This document shows positions 1 through 10,261 of a stretch of DNA of 64,000 nt, in pieces. The stretch is from the NCBI GenBank assembly GCA_030829955.1, contig JAURNY010000019.1, forward strand, positions 699-64,698, written 5' to 3'. The notes below the pieces were generated by a model, which saw only the letters and a program-made list of their open reading frames with translations, was not told the DNA's origin and made no database searches. How positions within the stretch are numbered: position 1 is the first letter of the stretch; every line of letters begins with the position of its first letter. Source of the DNA: Gammaproteobacteria bacterium (GTDB lineage Bacteria; Pseudomonadota; Gammaproteobacteria; Eutrophobiales; Eutrophobiaceae). Made by a program: the position numbers and the translations under genes.

Positions 1-185
1 AAGCTCCAATAGAGCTGAGTTTAATATTTCGAGGTCGTTATGCTGCAAAAAAATGAACAAGACGAGTCAAACATAAATTGGCACGAAAAATATCAATTGC
101 TAGCAAATAAATTTTGATGCGCTTCAACAGGATTTAGCGCACGATAAACAATATCTGCTAAATAGGTTTAAAAAGTTATCAAATT

Positions 186-213
186 AAAAAGGAGCCTTGC
201 GGCTCCTTTTAAT
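186..213. terminator. Rho-independent terminator hairpin (GGAGCC-TTGC-GGCTCC) flanked by an A-run and a T-run, possibly bidirectional
   Basis: Perfect 6-bp GC-rich stem with a 4-nt loop followed by TTTTAAT. It lies 3' of the photolyase gene on the minus strand and of whatever precedes the window on the plus strand. Confidence 0.6.
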
Positions 214-499
214 CAACTACGTTTTGAGAAAAAAGTTATTTGTTGTTGATGTACATAGTAACTTCAAAACCAAAACGAATGTCATTGTAATCTGGGGTTT
301 CCCATTTCATAATAATTCTCCTATTAATGTTAAAAGTGTAGATTTCGATTTAAGTATTGCAGCTACTGTGCCAGTTATTAATTATTTTTATTTTTATATA
401 AATATCATGAATTTACGGAAATAATTGTTTCTCAAACTTCGTCTCTAATGTAATTAATTGGTTAACATTAACCAGATTGGTTGTAAATAATTAACCATT

Positions 500-1939
500 T
501 TACTTGTCATTAAATTCTTTAAATGCTGCCAACGCGCCTTCACGACCCAATTTGTGATCAATAATAGGGGTGGGATAATGTTCACCCAAAATTATCCCTG
601 CCTTTTCCAAAATCTGTTGATCTGCCTCCCATGGTTCATGAATATATTTATCAGATAATTGTTTTAATTCAGGTATCCACTTACGCACATAATAACCATT
701 CGGATCAAACTTTTTACCTTGCAAGATTGGATTAAACACCCTGAAGTATGGTGCAGCATCAGCACCCGAACCTGCGACCCATTGCCAACTTGCAGAATTG
801 TTTGCCAAATCAGCGTCAACAAGCGTATCCCAAAACCAATGCCCGCCCTCATGCCAATGCAAAAGTAAATGCTTCACTAATAATGAGCCAACAATCATAC
901 GCACCCGATTATGCATCCAACCGGTATGCCATAACTGCCTCATGCCGGCATCAACAATGGGATAACCAGTTTTACCCATTTGCCAGGCCTTGAGTGCCTG
1001 CATGTCTTTTTTCCATGGGAAACTCTTGTATTCTTCTCGAAAGGGTTGGTCTGAAATATGTGGCCAGTGGAATAACAAATGATTTGAAAAATCACGCCAA
1101 CCCAATTCTCTTAAATAACTGTAGGCTTGTTTCTCGAGTTGTTTATTACCCTCGCTAAACTTTTTAACCTCATGCCAAATTCTTACAGGAGAAATCTCGC
1201 CAAAATGTAAATGTGGTGATAATTTCGAAGTGCCAGAATAATCGGGGCGATCTCGATCTTCATCGTAATTATCAAGACCACTCTCTAAAAAACGTTTTAA
1301 TGATTTTAATGCTCCGACTTCACCTGGCTCCCAGTTGTCACGAAAGCCACTTGCCCAATCCGGTTTATCAGGTAACAGTCTCCAATCTTCCAACTTGTCT
1401 TGGTCTATATGCGGCTGATAAAAGTTAGCTTTGTTAATTGAAGTTTTATTTCCAAGTCCGGGAGCAGTTAATTTTAAACAAGCCTTCCAGAATGGCGTAA
1501 ATACTTTAAAAGGGGAGCCATTACCTGTTTGCACGTCTTCAGGCTCAAACAGGAGATAACCCCCGTATCGCTTAACTTCGATCTTTTCGTGCCACCGCTG
1601 ATAAATTTTATCCTCAATATTTCTCAGTCTGGGTTCGTAAGCGCGACAAAAATAGAGTTTGTTGGCATCAACCTTGGAAATAATTTCTTGTAAATGACTT
1701 AGCGTATCTCCATATCGTAAATATAACTTGCCACCAAATTCCTTCATTGATTTATTTAGAGCTTGAAGACTGTGATGTAACCACCAACGACTGGCACTTC
1801 CCATCGGCCAATCCCTCTCATCTTCATCCAGAATAAAAACCGGCAAAATTCGTTGCCCAGACCTAATCGCAGCAGATAATGCAGGATGATCCTGTAAACG
1901 CAGGTCTGAACGGAACAGGACAATCGTGGTATTTGACAT
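500..1939 (-). CDS. phrB: Deoxyribodipyrimidine photolyase (FAD-binding, cryptochrome/photolyase family)
   Basis: 479 aa. Photolyase N-terminal alpha/beta domain (IVLFRSDLRLQDHPAL) and FAD-binding C-terminal domain with the conserved W-rich motifs (WQWVAGSGADAAPYFRVFNP). Confidence 0.9.
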   Translation of the reverse strand: MSNTTIVLFRSDLRLQDHPALSAAIRSGQRILPVFILDEDERDWPMGSASRWWLHHSLQALNKSMKEFGGKLYLRYGDTLSHLQEIISKVDANKLYFCRAYEPRLRNIEDKIYQRWHEKIEVKRYGGYLLFEPEDVQTGNGSPFKVFTPFWKACLKLTAPGLGNKTSINKANFYQPHIDQDKLEDWRLLPDKPDWASGFRDNWEPGEVGALKSLKRFLESGLDNYDEDRDRPDYSGTSKLSPHLHFGEISPVRIWHEVKKFSEGNKQLEKQAYSYLRELGWRDFSNHLLFHWPHISDQPFREEYKSFPWKKDMQALKAWQMGKTGYPIVDAGMRQLWHTGWMHNRVRMIVGSLLVKHLLLHWHEGGHWFWDTLVDADLANNSASWQWVAGSGADAAPYFRVFNPILQGKKFDPNGYYVRKWIPELKQLSDKYIHEPWEADQQILEKAGIILGEHYPTPIIDHKLGREGALAAFKEFNDK

Positions 1940-2090
1940 AATTAATGAGTAATAGATTTATAGGCGACAGCATAAGCCAGCGTTTCAAAAATCACGAATT
2001 TAAATAACCAGACACCTAGACAATTAGGAAAAAAAACCTTTTCGCCAGAATTATGCTAAATTTACTGGCTTTTTAACGCATCAATAAACT

Positions 2091-3266
2091 ATGAACAACA
2101 AAATTAAACATTGCACTCCCAGCGGGCACCTTATAGGTATCGTTGGCGGTGGTCAGCTTGCAAAGATGACAGCTTTACCCGCACTGGAATTCGGCAATGA
2201 AATCATTATTTTGGAAAAGGGTGAGGGTGCGCCTTCGCAGACACTCGCCAACAAGGTGCTAATGGGTGATTGGGATAAGGCCTCAACATTAATCGAACTT
2301 GGTAATCAGGTTGATGTTGTCACTCTGGAAAATGAGTTTGTTGATGCCAATGCCTTGCGGGAACTGGAAAACGCTGGACATAAACTTTATCCATCAGCGA
2401 AGACAATCGGACTGGTGCAGGACAAATTAATCCAGAAACAGACCCTGTCAGCTGCAGGCATTCCTGTTGTACCTTTTCTGGCCGTAAATTCAAAAAATGA
2501 TATTGAAGCGGCAGCCAATGAACTCGATTGGCCAATGGTATTAAAAGCCCGGCGTAATGGTTACGACGGTAATGGTAATGCGACATTAACATCAGCAAAT
2601 GATATTGAAGATGCATGGAAAAAACTGGATGGTGATAACCGCGAGTTATATGTCGAAGCATTTTGCCCCTATACAAAAGAACTGGCCGTTATGGTTACAC
2701 GTGCCATAGATGGTAAGATCGTTCACTATCCAGTAGTGGAATCAGTACAAAAAGATCATATATGTCACATCGTTCGAGCGCCTGCGAGAATAACAGACGA
2801 CTTATATCAACATGCGATTGATATGGCCAAGCTTGCTGTACAAACAGTTGATGGCGTTGGCTCAATAGGAATTGAAATGTTTTTAAAAGAGTCTGGCGAA
2901 ATCGTGCTTAATGAAATAGCGCCGCGCGTACACAACTCGGGACATTACACAATAGAAGCTTGTACATGTTCACAATTTGAAAATCATGTGCGTGCGGTTC
3001 TCGGTTTGCCTTTAGGTTCTTGTGAAATGAAAAAACCTGCAGCCGTTATGGTCAACCTATTAGGAGAACAAGCAGGTACTGGTTATCCTGTTGGCATTGA
3101 TCAGGCGTTAGCCGTTGAAGGCGCACATATTCATATCTATGGTAAAACAGAAACACGAACAGGCAGAAAAATGGGGCATATCACCGCTTTAGGCAATACT
3201 ATTGAGGAAGCAGAGGACAAGGCTCAAAAAGCCGCGAAACTGATTCGTTTTGGAGCAGAACAATGA
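2091..3266 (+). CDS. purK: N5-carboxyaminoimidazole ribonucleotide synthase (ATP-grasp)
   Basis: 391 aa. ATP-grasp motifs shared with E. coli PurK ([45 protein letters not shown]). The stop overlaps the purE start by 4 nt. Confidence 0.9.
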   Translation: MNNKIKHCTPSGHLIGIVGGGQLAKMTALPALEFGNEIIILEKGEGAPSQTLANKVLMGDWDKASTLIELGNQVDVVTLENEFVDANALRELENAGHKLYPSAKTIGLVQDKLIQKQTLSAAGIPVVPFLAVNSKNDIEAAANELDWPMVLKARRNGYDGNGNATLTSANDIEDAWKKLDGDNRELYVEAFCPYTKELAVMVTRAIDGKIVHYPVVESVQKDHICHIVRAPARITDDLYQHAIDMAKLAVQTVDGVGSIGIEMFLKESGEIVLNEIAPRVHNSGHYTIEACTCSQFENHVRAVLGLPLGSCEMKKPAAVMVNLLGEQAGTGYPVGIDQALAVEGAHIHIYGKTETRTGRKMGHITALGNTIEEAEDKAQKAAKLIRFGAEQ

Positions 3267-3820
3267 CTATGAAATCAAAGAAACCATTAGTTGGTATCAT
3301 TATGGGCAGTGATTCTGACTGGACCACACTGGAACCAGCTGTCGATATTTGTGAAGAATTTTCTATCCCTTATGAAGTACAAGTTGTCTCTGCTCACCGG
3401 ACGCCGGATGAAATGGCGCGCTATGGTAAGAATGCAATTATAAATGGTTTACGAGTAATCATTGCTGCAGCAGGTGGTGCAGCACATTTACCAGGTATGG
3501 TTGCAAGTCATACAACATTGCCGGTTATTGGTGTACCGGTAAAATCCAAATCATTGCAAGGGCTGGACTCACTTCTTTCAATCGTACAAATGCCGGGGGG
3601 TGTACCTGTAGCAACAGTGGCGATCGATGGTGGTAAAAATGCGGGGTTATTGGCCGTGCAAATTCTGGCTAGTGGTGATAACAAACTAACGCAAAAAATG
3701 CTAGATTATAAAAAATCATTAAACAAGGAATCGAAAAACAAAAACAAATCGCTTCAAAATAATAAGAAGCGAAAGAAACCCGAGCCTCCCAAGACAACCC
3801 CAAAAAAAATGGATCTTTAG
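3263..3820 (+). CDS. purE: N5-CAIR mutase PurE with an unusual Lys-rich C-terminal tail of about 35 aa
   Basis: 185 aa. PurE core ([11 protein letters not shown] … [14 protein letters not shown] … [11 protein letters not shown]) followed by the low-complexity tail [33 protein letters not shown]. Confidence 0.88.
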   Translation: MTMKSKKPLVGIIMGSDSDWTTLEPAVDICEEFSIPYEVQVVSAHRTPDEMARYGKNAIINGLRVIIAAAGGAAHLPGMVASHTTLPVIGVPVKSKSLQGLDSLLSIVQMPGGVPVATVAIDGGKNAGLLAVQILASGDNKLTQKMLDYKKSLNKESKNKNKSLQNNKKRKKPEPPKTTPKKMDL

Positions 3821-3827
3821 GCAAACA

Positions 3828-4637
3828 TTAATTGTTCAAGCAATGCTCTAGCGCTACTTCAATGTCACTATATTTTGGATACCAGCCTGTACGTGCAATA
3901 GTTAACTCATTATTACAACATCGCCCTAATTCATCTGAATTGTTTTCAAATTTCGGCGATTTAAAATTTAATAATCTGGCGAGTAATGAATAATAATCTT
4001 GCCTGCGTAAAGGCGCTCCATCACTACCAAGCTCAATTTCACTAACCATTTCAAGCGTTGCCATACATTCAAGCAGTGCAGCCGCATCATCAATATGAAT
4101 CAGGTTCAACCATGCTTTCGGGTTACCCCCAATTGCCTGTCCTTGTTCAATCTGGCGACGGCCAATCACTCTGTGGTTGCCATATAAGCCGGCCAATCTA
4201 ACGATGGCTGCATGCGAGGATTGATTCCTCCAAATTGTCTCAATTTCATATTGACGTTTTGCTCGTTCACTATCCAGACACACTTCACTATCGGCATCCA
4301 CTTCGCGCTCCGTCTTTCCATAAACAACGGTTGAGGAAACGAGTATCCTTCGCTTGATATTTAATTGGTCCAGTTTCTCAATGAACTGCGGAAATAAATC
4401 AAGATCGATCTGACTTGGTGGCACCATAAAGTACACTGTCAAATCATCTCGCAAACAGTCTAGTCCTGACCAAGAAGTAAGATCATTAACATCCAGATTT
4501 ATCAGACAATGTCGTAAGTTGGAGAAATCCAAATTGTTGCTGCGTTTAATCAAATAACACTGACGGTTGGAATAACGTTGCAACAGCGCCTTGCCTAAAA
4601 AGCCATAACCAATAATCAGATGATTCATATCATTCAA
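3828..4637 (-). CDS. NAD(P)-binding SDR-family epimerase/dehydratase-like protein
   Basis: 269 aa. N-terminal Rossmann GxxGxxG (IIGYGFLGKAL) and general SDR-like architecture. Specific function unknown. Confidence 0.6.
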   Translation of the reverse strand: MNDMNHLIIGYGFLGKALLQRYSNRQCYLIKRSNNLDFSNLRHCLINLDVNDLTSWSGLDCLRDDLTVYFMVPPSQIDLDLFPQFIEKLDQLNIKRRILVSSTVVYGKTEREVDADSEVCLDSERAKRQYEIETIWRNQSSHAAIVRLAGLYGNHRVIGRRQIEQGQAIGGNPKAWLNLIHIDDAAALLECMATLEMVSEIELGSDGAPLRRQDYYSLLARLLNFKSPKFENNSDELGRCCNNELTIARTGWYPKYSDIEVALEHCLNN

Positions 4638-4826
4638 ATATAACTACCAAGCCTGCCTAAAGCATGACTTCTCAAGCCACATTTAGCAAACTCATTAATA
4701 AAATCAGCTTATAAGCAGCCACTATAACAGTAATCGTGTCATTACATAGTTCCTTCAAATCAGCTCTGTAGGTATACTTCGTCTCTAAATAATTAATATA
4801 AATCCACTTACATATTGAGGACAGTT

Positions 4827-5342
4827 ATGAGTCAGGAGCAAGACCAAATATTTTTCAGAAACTTTTCTTTAGCTCTAGCCGCTATTGCAGTCATGATGGT
4901 GCTATTTTTTGTTGCTGCAAATTTTGTTGTTGATGATGATGATGCTCAGGCAGAGATGCGCGCAGAAAAAGTTGCGGGGATCACCAAACCTATAGGTGAA
5001 GCCATAATAGAAGGCGAGGAGGAGATTAAAATAGTTGTAGTAGATGATATGGCTGAAGCACCAACAGCGGCCAGTGCTGACGGGAATGTTGGCCAACAGC
5101 TCTATGAAGGTTTATGTATAAATTGTCATGGCATTGCGGCAATGGCAGCGATGATTCCTCAATACGGCGATAAAGCCGCTTGGGGGGCTCGTATCGAAAA
5201 AGGCCTAGACACACTCTACGACCATGCTATTAAAGGCTTCATGGGTGATATGGGCATGATGCCAGCTAAGGGCGGTAATCCTGCCCTAAGTGATGACGAT
5301 GTTAAAGCTGCTGTCGATTACATCGTTCAATCAGTACAGTAA
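4827..5342 (+). CDS. Membrane-anchored class I cytochrome c (cytochrome c5 family)
   Basis: N-terminal hydrophobic anchor, acidic linker, and a single CxxCH haem-binding motif (CINCHG) with a downstream Met ligand region. ATG at 4827 preceded by GAGGA; the ORF track began at an upstream TTG. Confidence 0.8.
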   Translation: MSQEQDQIFFRNFSLALAAIAVMMVLFFVAANFVVDDDDAQAEMRAEKVAGITKPIGEAIIEGEEEIKIVVVDDMAEAPTAASADGNVGQQLYEGLCINCHGIAAMAAMIPQYGDKAAWGARIEKGLDTLYDHAIKGFMGDMGMMPAKGGNPALSDDDVKAAVDYIVQSVQ

Positions 5343-5360
5343 CAATTTTTAATCGGCACA

Positions 5361-5387
5361 AAAAGGGGCTAACGCCCCTTTTTTATT
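5361..5387. terminator. Bidirectional rho-independent terminator between convergent cytochrome c5 and dctP
   Basis: AAAAGGGGC-TAAC-GCCCCTTTTTT: a perfect stem flanked by an A-run and a T-run. Confidence 0.75.
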
Positions 5388-6492
5388 GGAGTCTTAATGC
5401 ATCGGAATAGGCTTCTTCAGCTATATTATTCCATTTGTTGTAATCTTCCCTGAACGCTTCATAAGCTTCGTAGACACGCTTGAAATCGGCACTATTATCT
5501 GATTCTTCTGCGAGAGTTAACTTTGTCATATCTTTTAATACTCTTAAGACGTCATCTGGAAAAGACAAAATAGTCACATTCTTTTTCAACCTTAATTCCT
5601 GCAAGGCTTTTTGATTATTGTATTCCATTTGGGCGTATATCCACTCACTCGTTGCCGCTGCGGTAACTTCAACTATCTTTTGCAAGTCAGACTCCAGTTC
5701 CTGCCATTTGGACAAATTAAGCATTAGCTCAAACACCGTGCCTGGCTCGTGCCACCCTGGGTAGTAATAATAATCAGAGGCACGGTTTAATCCCAAACGC
5801 ATATCATGGAATGGTGCCACCCATTCTGTTGCATCAAGAGTACCTCTTTCTAAAGCCGTATAGATTTCACCACCGGCCATCAACACCGGATTGCCACCTG
5901 CCTTTTTAAATACCTTTCCGCCGAGACCTGGGATACGCATTCGCAGCCCTTTAATATCATCAATCGAATCTATTTTTTTATTAAACCAGCCGCCCATTTG
6001 TAAACCGGTATTGCCCATTGGAAATGAAATCAGATTAAAAGGCTTATAAAGCTCATGCCATAATTCAAGACCGCCACCGTTGTATATCCAAGCATTCATG
6101 CCTTTGGCTGTCATACCAAACGGCACACTGGAAAAAAATTGCGCAGCAGGCACAACACCTGCCCAGTAGTAAGGTGAACCATGACCTACTTCAACGATGC
6201 CCTGGGATACCGCATCAAACACCTGTAATGCGGGTACAAGCTCGCCACCAGCGTAAACCTGTATATCAAGTCGTCCATTACTCATTAATCTTACATCATT
6301 AGCAAACTTAACAGCCCCTTCCTGAAAGACAGGAAAGTTGGCTGGCCAGGTGGTAACCATCTTCCATTTATGCACCTGGACTGACACGCTTTTGGCTATA
6401 CCCGGCGCACCAACATCAATTAATGGTTTACCATCACATGCTGTTAACAGAAAACAAGCAATACTTATAAATAATAATTTATGTCTTATCAT
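5383..6492 (-). CDS. TRAP-transporter solute-binding protein (DctP family, lipoprotein-type signal peptide); no DctQM partner in the window
   Basis: 369 aa. Signal peptide with a lipobox (LLTAC) and DctP-family periplasmic-binding-protein sequence features. Confidence 0.75.
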   Translation of the reverse strand: MIRHKLLFISIACFLLTACDGKPLIDVGAPGIAKSVSVQVHKWKMVTTWPANFPVFQEGAVKFANDVRLMSNGRLDIQVYAGGELVPALQVFDAVSQGIVEVGHGSPYYWAGVVPAAQFFSSVPFGMTAKGMNAWIYNGGGLELWHELYKPFNLISFPMGNTGLQMGGWFNKKIDSIDDIKGLRMRIPGLGGKVFKKAGGNPVLMAGGEIYTALERGTLDATEWVAPFHDMRLGLNRASDYYYYPGWHEPGTVFELMLNLSKWQELESDLQKIVEVTAAATSEWIYAQMEYNNQKALQELRLKKNVTILSFPDDVLRVLKDMTKLTLAEESDNSADFKRVYEAYEAFREDYNKWNNIAEEAYSDALRLQ

Positions 6493-6640
6493 TTTATTAA
6501 CCTTAATTTTTAGTTAACTATATTAGATTGTGGTCAAAGTAGATTTTTTGAATTAGCATCGCGCAGAGAACCGAAATGTATAATCAATACAAGTAGATTC
6601 AAGTACGAAATTTATAATGTAATTACGAAAAAAGTTCATT

Positions 6641-8797
6641 TTACGCCGGGACAAGATTTGCGTAAGCCGCAACCAACCACTTACACCCTGAATGCTCAAA
6701 GTTGACTTGAATACGCGTATGCCCACCACTACCTTCAAGATTTAATACAACACCTTCACCAAACTTAGCATGTGAAACCCGTTGACCCAATGATAAGCCA
6801 CTGTCACTTTTATCAGATGATTCAAGTTTATTAAATAACGATTCTGTAACTCTGCCGCTCATGCGAATATCATTCAGCAATTTAGATGGTATTTCATCAA
6901 TAAAACGTGATGGCTGCGGATAATAATCTGAACCATGCAAACGTCTGTGTTGAGCGTGCGTCATGATAAGTTTTTTCTTTGCGCGGGTAATGCCGACATA
7001 ACAAAGCCGCCGCTCTTCTTCAAGCTGGATCAAGTCTTCACTACTGCGTTGATGAGGAAATAGCCCTTCTTCCATACCGACGAGAAAGACAACGGGGAAC
7101 TCCAGACCCTTTGCTGAATGTAACGTCATTAGATGTACACAATCGCTTGATTCACTCGCCTGCGTTTCGCCCGACTCCAATGCAGCGTGTGCAAGAAAGG
7201 CAGATAACGCATCCATCTCGGCTAACTCTTCATCATCACCTACTTCAAACTCTCTAGCAGCAGATACAAGTTCTTCCATATTTTCTATACGCGCCTGACC
7301 TTTCTCACCTTTTTCTTTTTTAAAGTGTTCTATCAAGCCACTATGTTGAATAACCAGATCTACATGCTCATGAATCTCAGCATCATTCTGCTGTAAGGAT
7401 TGAATCAACTTAATAAAATGTTCAAGCGCATTCAATGCGCGGGCGCTTAATAGTTTATGCTCAAGAATATGTAATGACGCGCGCCACAGCGAACATTGAT
7501 CACGTCTAGCAACCTGTCGTAATTCATCAATGGTGCGATTGCCAATGCCTCTTGTCGGTGTATTTACAATTCGTTCAAACGATGCATCGTCATCCTGAAA
7601 ACGTGCCAATCTTATATATGCTAATGCATCTTTAATTTCTGCACGTTCATAGAATCGTAAACCACCATAAACACGATAGGGGATTCGTGCCTGCATAAGC
7701 GCTTCTTCAAGCACTCGTGATTGAGCACTCACACGATATAGAATCGCGTAATCGGCAAACGCCTTACCTTCATTAGGCGCCTGTTTAAGTTGGTCAACCA
7801 CATAGCGCGCTTCATCGGTTTCGTTATAGGCCATATAAACACCAATAAGATCACCTTCTTCCCCATCGGTCCACAGATCCTTGCCAAGGCGCGCATTATT
7901 ATTTGCAATTAATTTATTCGCAGCTTTTAGAATCGTTGCTGTCGATCGATAGTTTTGTTGCAACTTTAATAATTGCACCCCAGGAAAATCGCGCTCAAAC
8001 GCTTGCATATTTTCTACACGGGCACCGCGCCAGCTATAGATGGACTGATCATCGTCACCAACTGTAAACAATGTATTCTTATCGCCAACCAATAATTTCA
8101 ACCAGTTATATTGCAACGAGTTTGTATCTTGAAACTCATCGACCAAAACATGTTTAAAACGATGTTGGTAATATTCGCGAACAACGCCGTGATCACGAAA
8201 TAATTCAAACGTACGAAGTAACAACTCAGCAAAATCAACTAGGCCGGAAAGTTCGCAGCTTTCCTGGTAGGCTTTATATATACGTACCATTTGTGCGGTT
8301 GTCAGATCACCATGATCATCAATATTTTCCGGACGTAACCCATCATCCTTGCGGGCATTGATAAACCATTGTGCCTCACGTGGAGAAAATTGAGACTCAT
8401 CGAGTTGTAACGCACGGATTGTTCGTCTAATGAACCGATATTGGTCTTCACTGTCCAGAATCTGAAAAGTCTCAGGCAAATTGGCTTCTTGCCAATGAGC
8501 ACGGAGAAAACGATGCGCCAGACCATGAAAAGTACCTACCCACATGCCCCGAATCGATTGCCCAAGCAGGTTTTCAATTCGGGCTCGCATCTCTGCCGCA
8601 GCCTTATTGGTAAATGTCACTGCCAGAATACTATAAGGCGAACCTTGTTCTGTAGCGATATACCAGGCGATTCGATGTACCAGAACACGGGTTTTACCAC
8701 TACCTGCACCAGCCAAAACTAACAAATTACCTGTAGGCGCGCCTACGGCTTCACGCTGTTCAGCATTGAGGGAGTCAAGAATATGAGAAACATCCAT
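6641..8797 (-). CDS. uvrD: DNA helicase II UvrD
   Basis: About 718 aa from MDVSHILDSLN, matching the E. coli UvrD N-terminus. Walker A GAGSGKTRV and SF1 helicase motifs throughout. The ORF-track start 18 nt upstream is probably not used. Confidence 0.9.
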   Translation of the reverse strand: MDVSHILDSLNAEQREAVGAPTGNLLVLAGAGSGKTRVLVHRIAWYIATEQGSPYSILAVTFTNKAAAEMRARIENLLGQSIRGMWVGTFHGLAHRFLRAHWQEANLPETFQILDSEDQYRFIRRTIRALQLDESQFSPREAQWFINARKDDGLRPENIDDHGDLTTAQMVRIYKAYQESCELSGLVDFAELLLRTFELFRDHGVVREYYQHRFKHVLVDEFQDTNSLQYNWLKLLVGDKNTLFTVGDDDQSIYSWRGARVENMQAFERDFPGVQLLKLQQNYRSTATILKAANKLIANNNARLGKDLWTDGEEGDLIGVYMAYNETDEARYVVDQLKQAPNEGKAFADYAILYRVSAQSRVLEEALMQARIPYRVYGGLRFYERAEIKDALAYIRLARFQDDDASFERIVNTPTRGIGNRTIDELRQVARRDQCSLWRASLHILEHKLLSARALNALEHFIKLIQSLQQNDAEIHEHVDLVIQHSGLIEHFKKEKGEKGQARIENMEELVSAAREFEVGDDEELAEMDALSAFLAHAALESGETQASESSDCVHLMTLHSAKGLEFPVVFLVGMEEGLFPHQRSSEDLIQLEEERRLCYVGITRAKKKLIMTHAQHRRLHGSDYYPQPSRFIDEIPSKLLNDIRMSGRVTESLFNKLESSDKSDSGLSLGQRVSHAKFGEGVVLNLEGSGGHTRIQVNFEHSGCKWLVAAYANLVPA

Positions 8798-8901
8798 GGA
8801 ATAGATTGTACGCAAATGTATCTGACTATTAAATTAAACGGTATTCAGAATATATCGGAATGTTAAGATGAATATACTACTACAAATAACGAGTTAACAT
8901 C

Positions 8902-10251
8902 ATGGAAGCAATCAGTAATACAACATTAAGTCATACTCGGCAGGAATTAATTGACATCATTGATTATGTGTTAAAGCTTGCTAAAAAAAAGGGCGCCAGT
9001 GAAGCCGAGGCAGATATTGGCACTGGTATCGGGCTCAACGCCAATGTTCGCAAGGGCGAGATTGATAAAATGGAATTTGAACGCGACAAAGGCCTGAGTG
9101 TGACAATATATATGAAAGGACAGAAAGGCAATGCCAGCACGTCTGATTTTAGTCGTGATACTTTGGATCAAACTGTTGAAGCGGCATTCAATATAGCCAC
9201 CTATGCCAGTCAGGATCCGTTTGCAGGACTCGTCGAAGCTGACGAAATAGCTAAGGAAGTACCTAATCTGGAACTATTTCATCCTTGGTCCATTTCGCCT
9301 GAACAGGCAGTCGAACTGGCGATCGAGTGCGAGCAACTAGCATTCGAACAAGATAAACGTATTACAAATTCCGATGGCACTGTTGTCAGCACATATAGTG
9401 GTGCGACGCTATATGGAAATACTCATGGATTTATTGATGGCTGGAGCTGGTCTGTTCACAGTATTGATTGCACCATGATCGCCAAAGATGACAAAGGTAT
9501 GCAACGCGATGGCTGGTATAGCAAGGCGCGTGACTATAAAGATCTTGAAGATATCAAATCGATCAGCAAAGAAGCCGCAAGACGCACATTAGGACGTTTA
9601 AGTTCACGCAAACTTTCTACATGTCAGGCACCGGTTATTTTTGAAGCGCCAGTTGCATCAGGATTATTCTCTGCGTTAATTACTGCAATTTCGGGAAGCA
9701 GCCTTTATCGACGCGCGAGTTTTTTACTAGATAAAAAATGTGAAAAGATTTTTTCTGATCACATTACGATTCGAGAGCAACCTCATTTATCAAAAGCGCT
9801 AGGTAGCGCTCCATTTGATAATGATGGTGTTGCCACAAAAGCACGCGATATTGTTAAAGATGGGGTATTACAGGATTATGTGTTAAGTGGTTATTCAGCT
9901 CGACGTCTGGGACTAGAAACAACCGGTAATGCTGGCGGTGTACATAATTTAATTATTGAACCCGGCAGCAACAATCTAGAAGAATTAATCAAGCAAATGA
10001 ATACCGGTTTATTAATCACTGACATGATTGGTTTTGGTGTAAATCAGGTCACCGGCGACTATTCTCGTGGGGCTTCAGGTTTCTGGATTGAAAATGGTGA
10101 GATTGCTTATCCGGTCGAAGAGATTACTGTCGCTGGAAATTTAAAAGATATGTATCAACAAATTGCAGCCATTGGCAATGATATCGATTATCGTGGTAAC
10201 ACCCGGACCGGCTCTGTCTTACTGGAAAATATGACTATTGCAGGAGAATAG
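8902..10251 (+). CDS. pmbA: Metalloprotease PmbA (TldE; TldD/PmbA family)
   Basis: 449 aa, the same length class as E. coli PmbA, with TldD/PmbA family fold motifs. Confidence 0.85.
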   Translation: MEAISNTTLSHTRQELIDIIDYVLKLAKKKGASEAEADIGTGIGLNANVRKGEIDKMEFERDKGLSVTIYMKGQKGNASTSDFSRDTLDQTVEAAFNIATYASQDPFAGLVEADEIAKEVPNLELFHPWSISPEQAVELAIECEQLAFEQDKRITNSDGTVVSTYSGATLYGNTHGFIDGWSWSVHSIDCTMIAKDDKGMQRDGWYSKARDYKDLEDIKSISKEAARRTLGRLSSRKLSTCQAPVIFEAPVASGLFSALITAISGSSLYRRASFLLDKKCEKIFSDHITIREQPHLSKALGSAPFDNDGVATKARDIVKDGVLQDYVLSGYSARRLGLETTGNAGGVHNLIIEPGSNNLEELIKQMNTGLLITDMIGFGVNQVTGDYSRGASGFWIENGEIAYPVEEITVAGNLKDMYQQIAAIGNDIDYRGNTRTGSVLLENMTIAGE

Positions 10252-10261
10252 TTATCCTCGA

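Noticed and set aside
197-424. 75-aa ORF in the terminal intergenic region
   Set aside because: Low-complexity AT-rich translation with no RBS and no recognisable domain. It lies between a terminator hairpin and the photolyase 3' end and is probably non-coding.
664-1428. Small ORFs (62–81 aa) antisense to or overlapping the photolyase gene
   Set aside because: They are embedded in a well-supported 479-aa photolyase CDS. They are typical spurious ORFs with no motifs.
8798-8901. Possible LexA/SOS box upstream of uvrD
   Set aside because: No CTGT-N8-ACAG or similar palindrome is present in the uvrD-pmbA divergent region.
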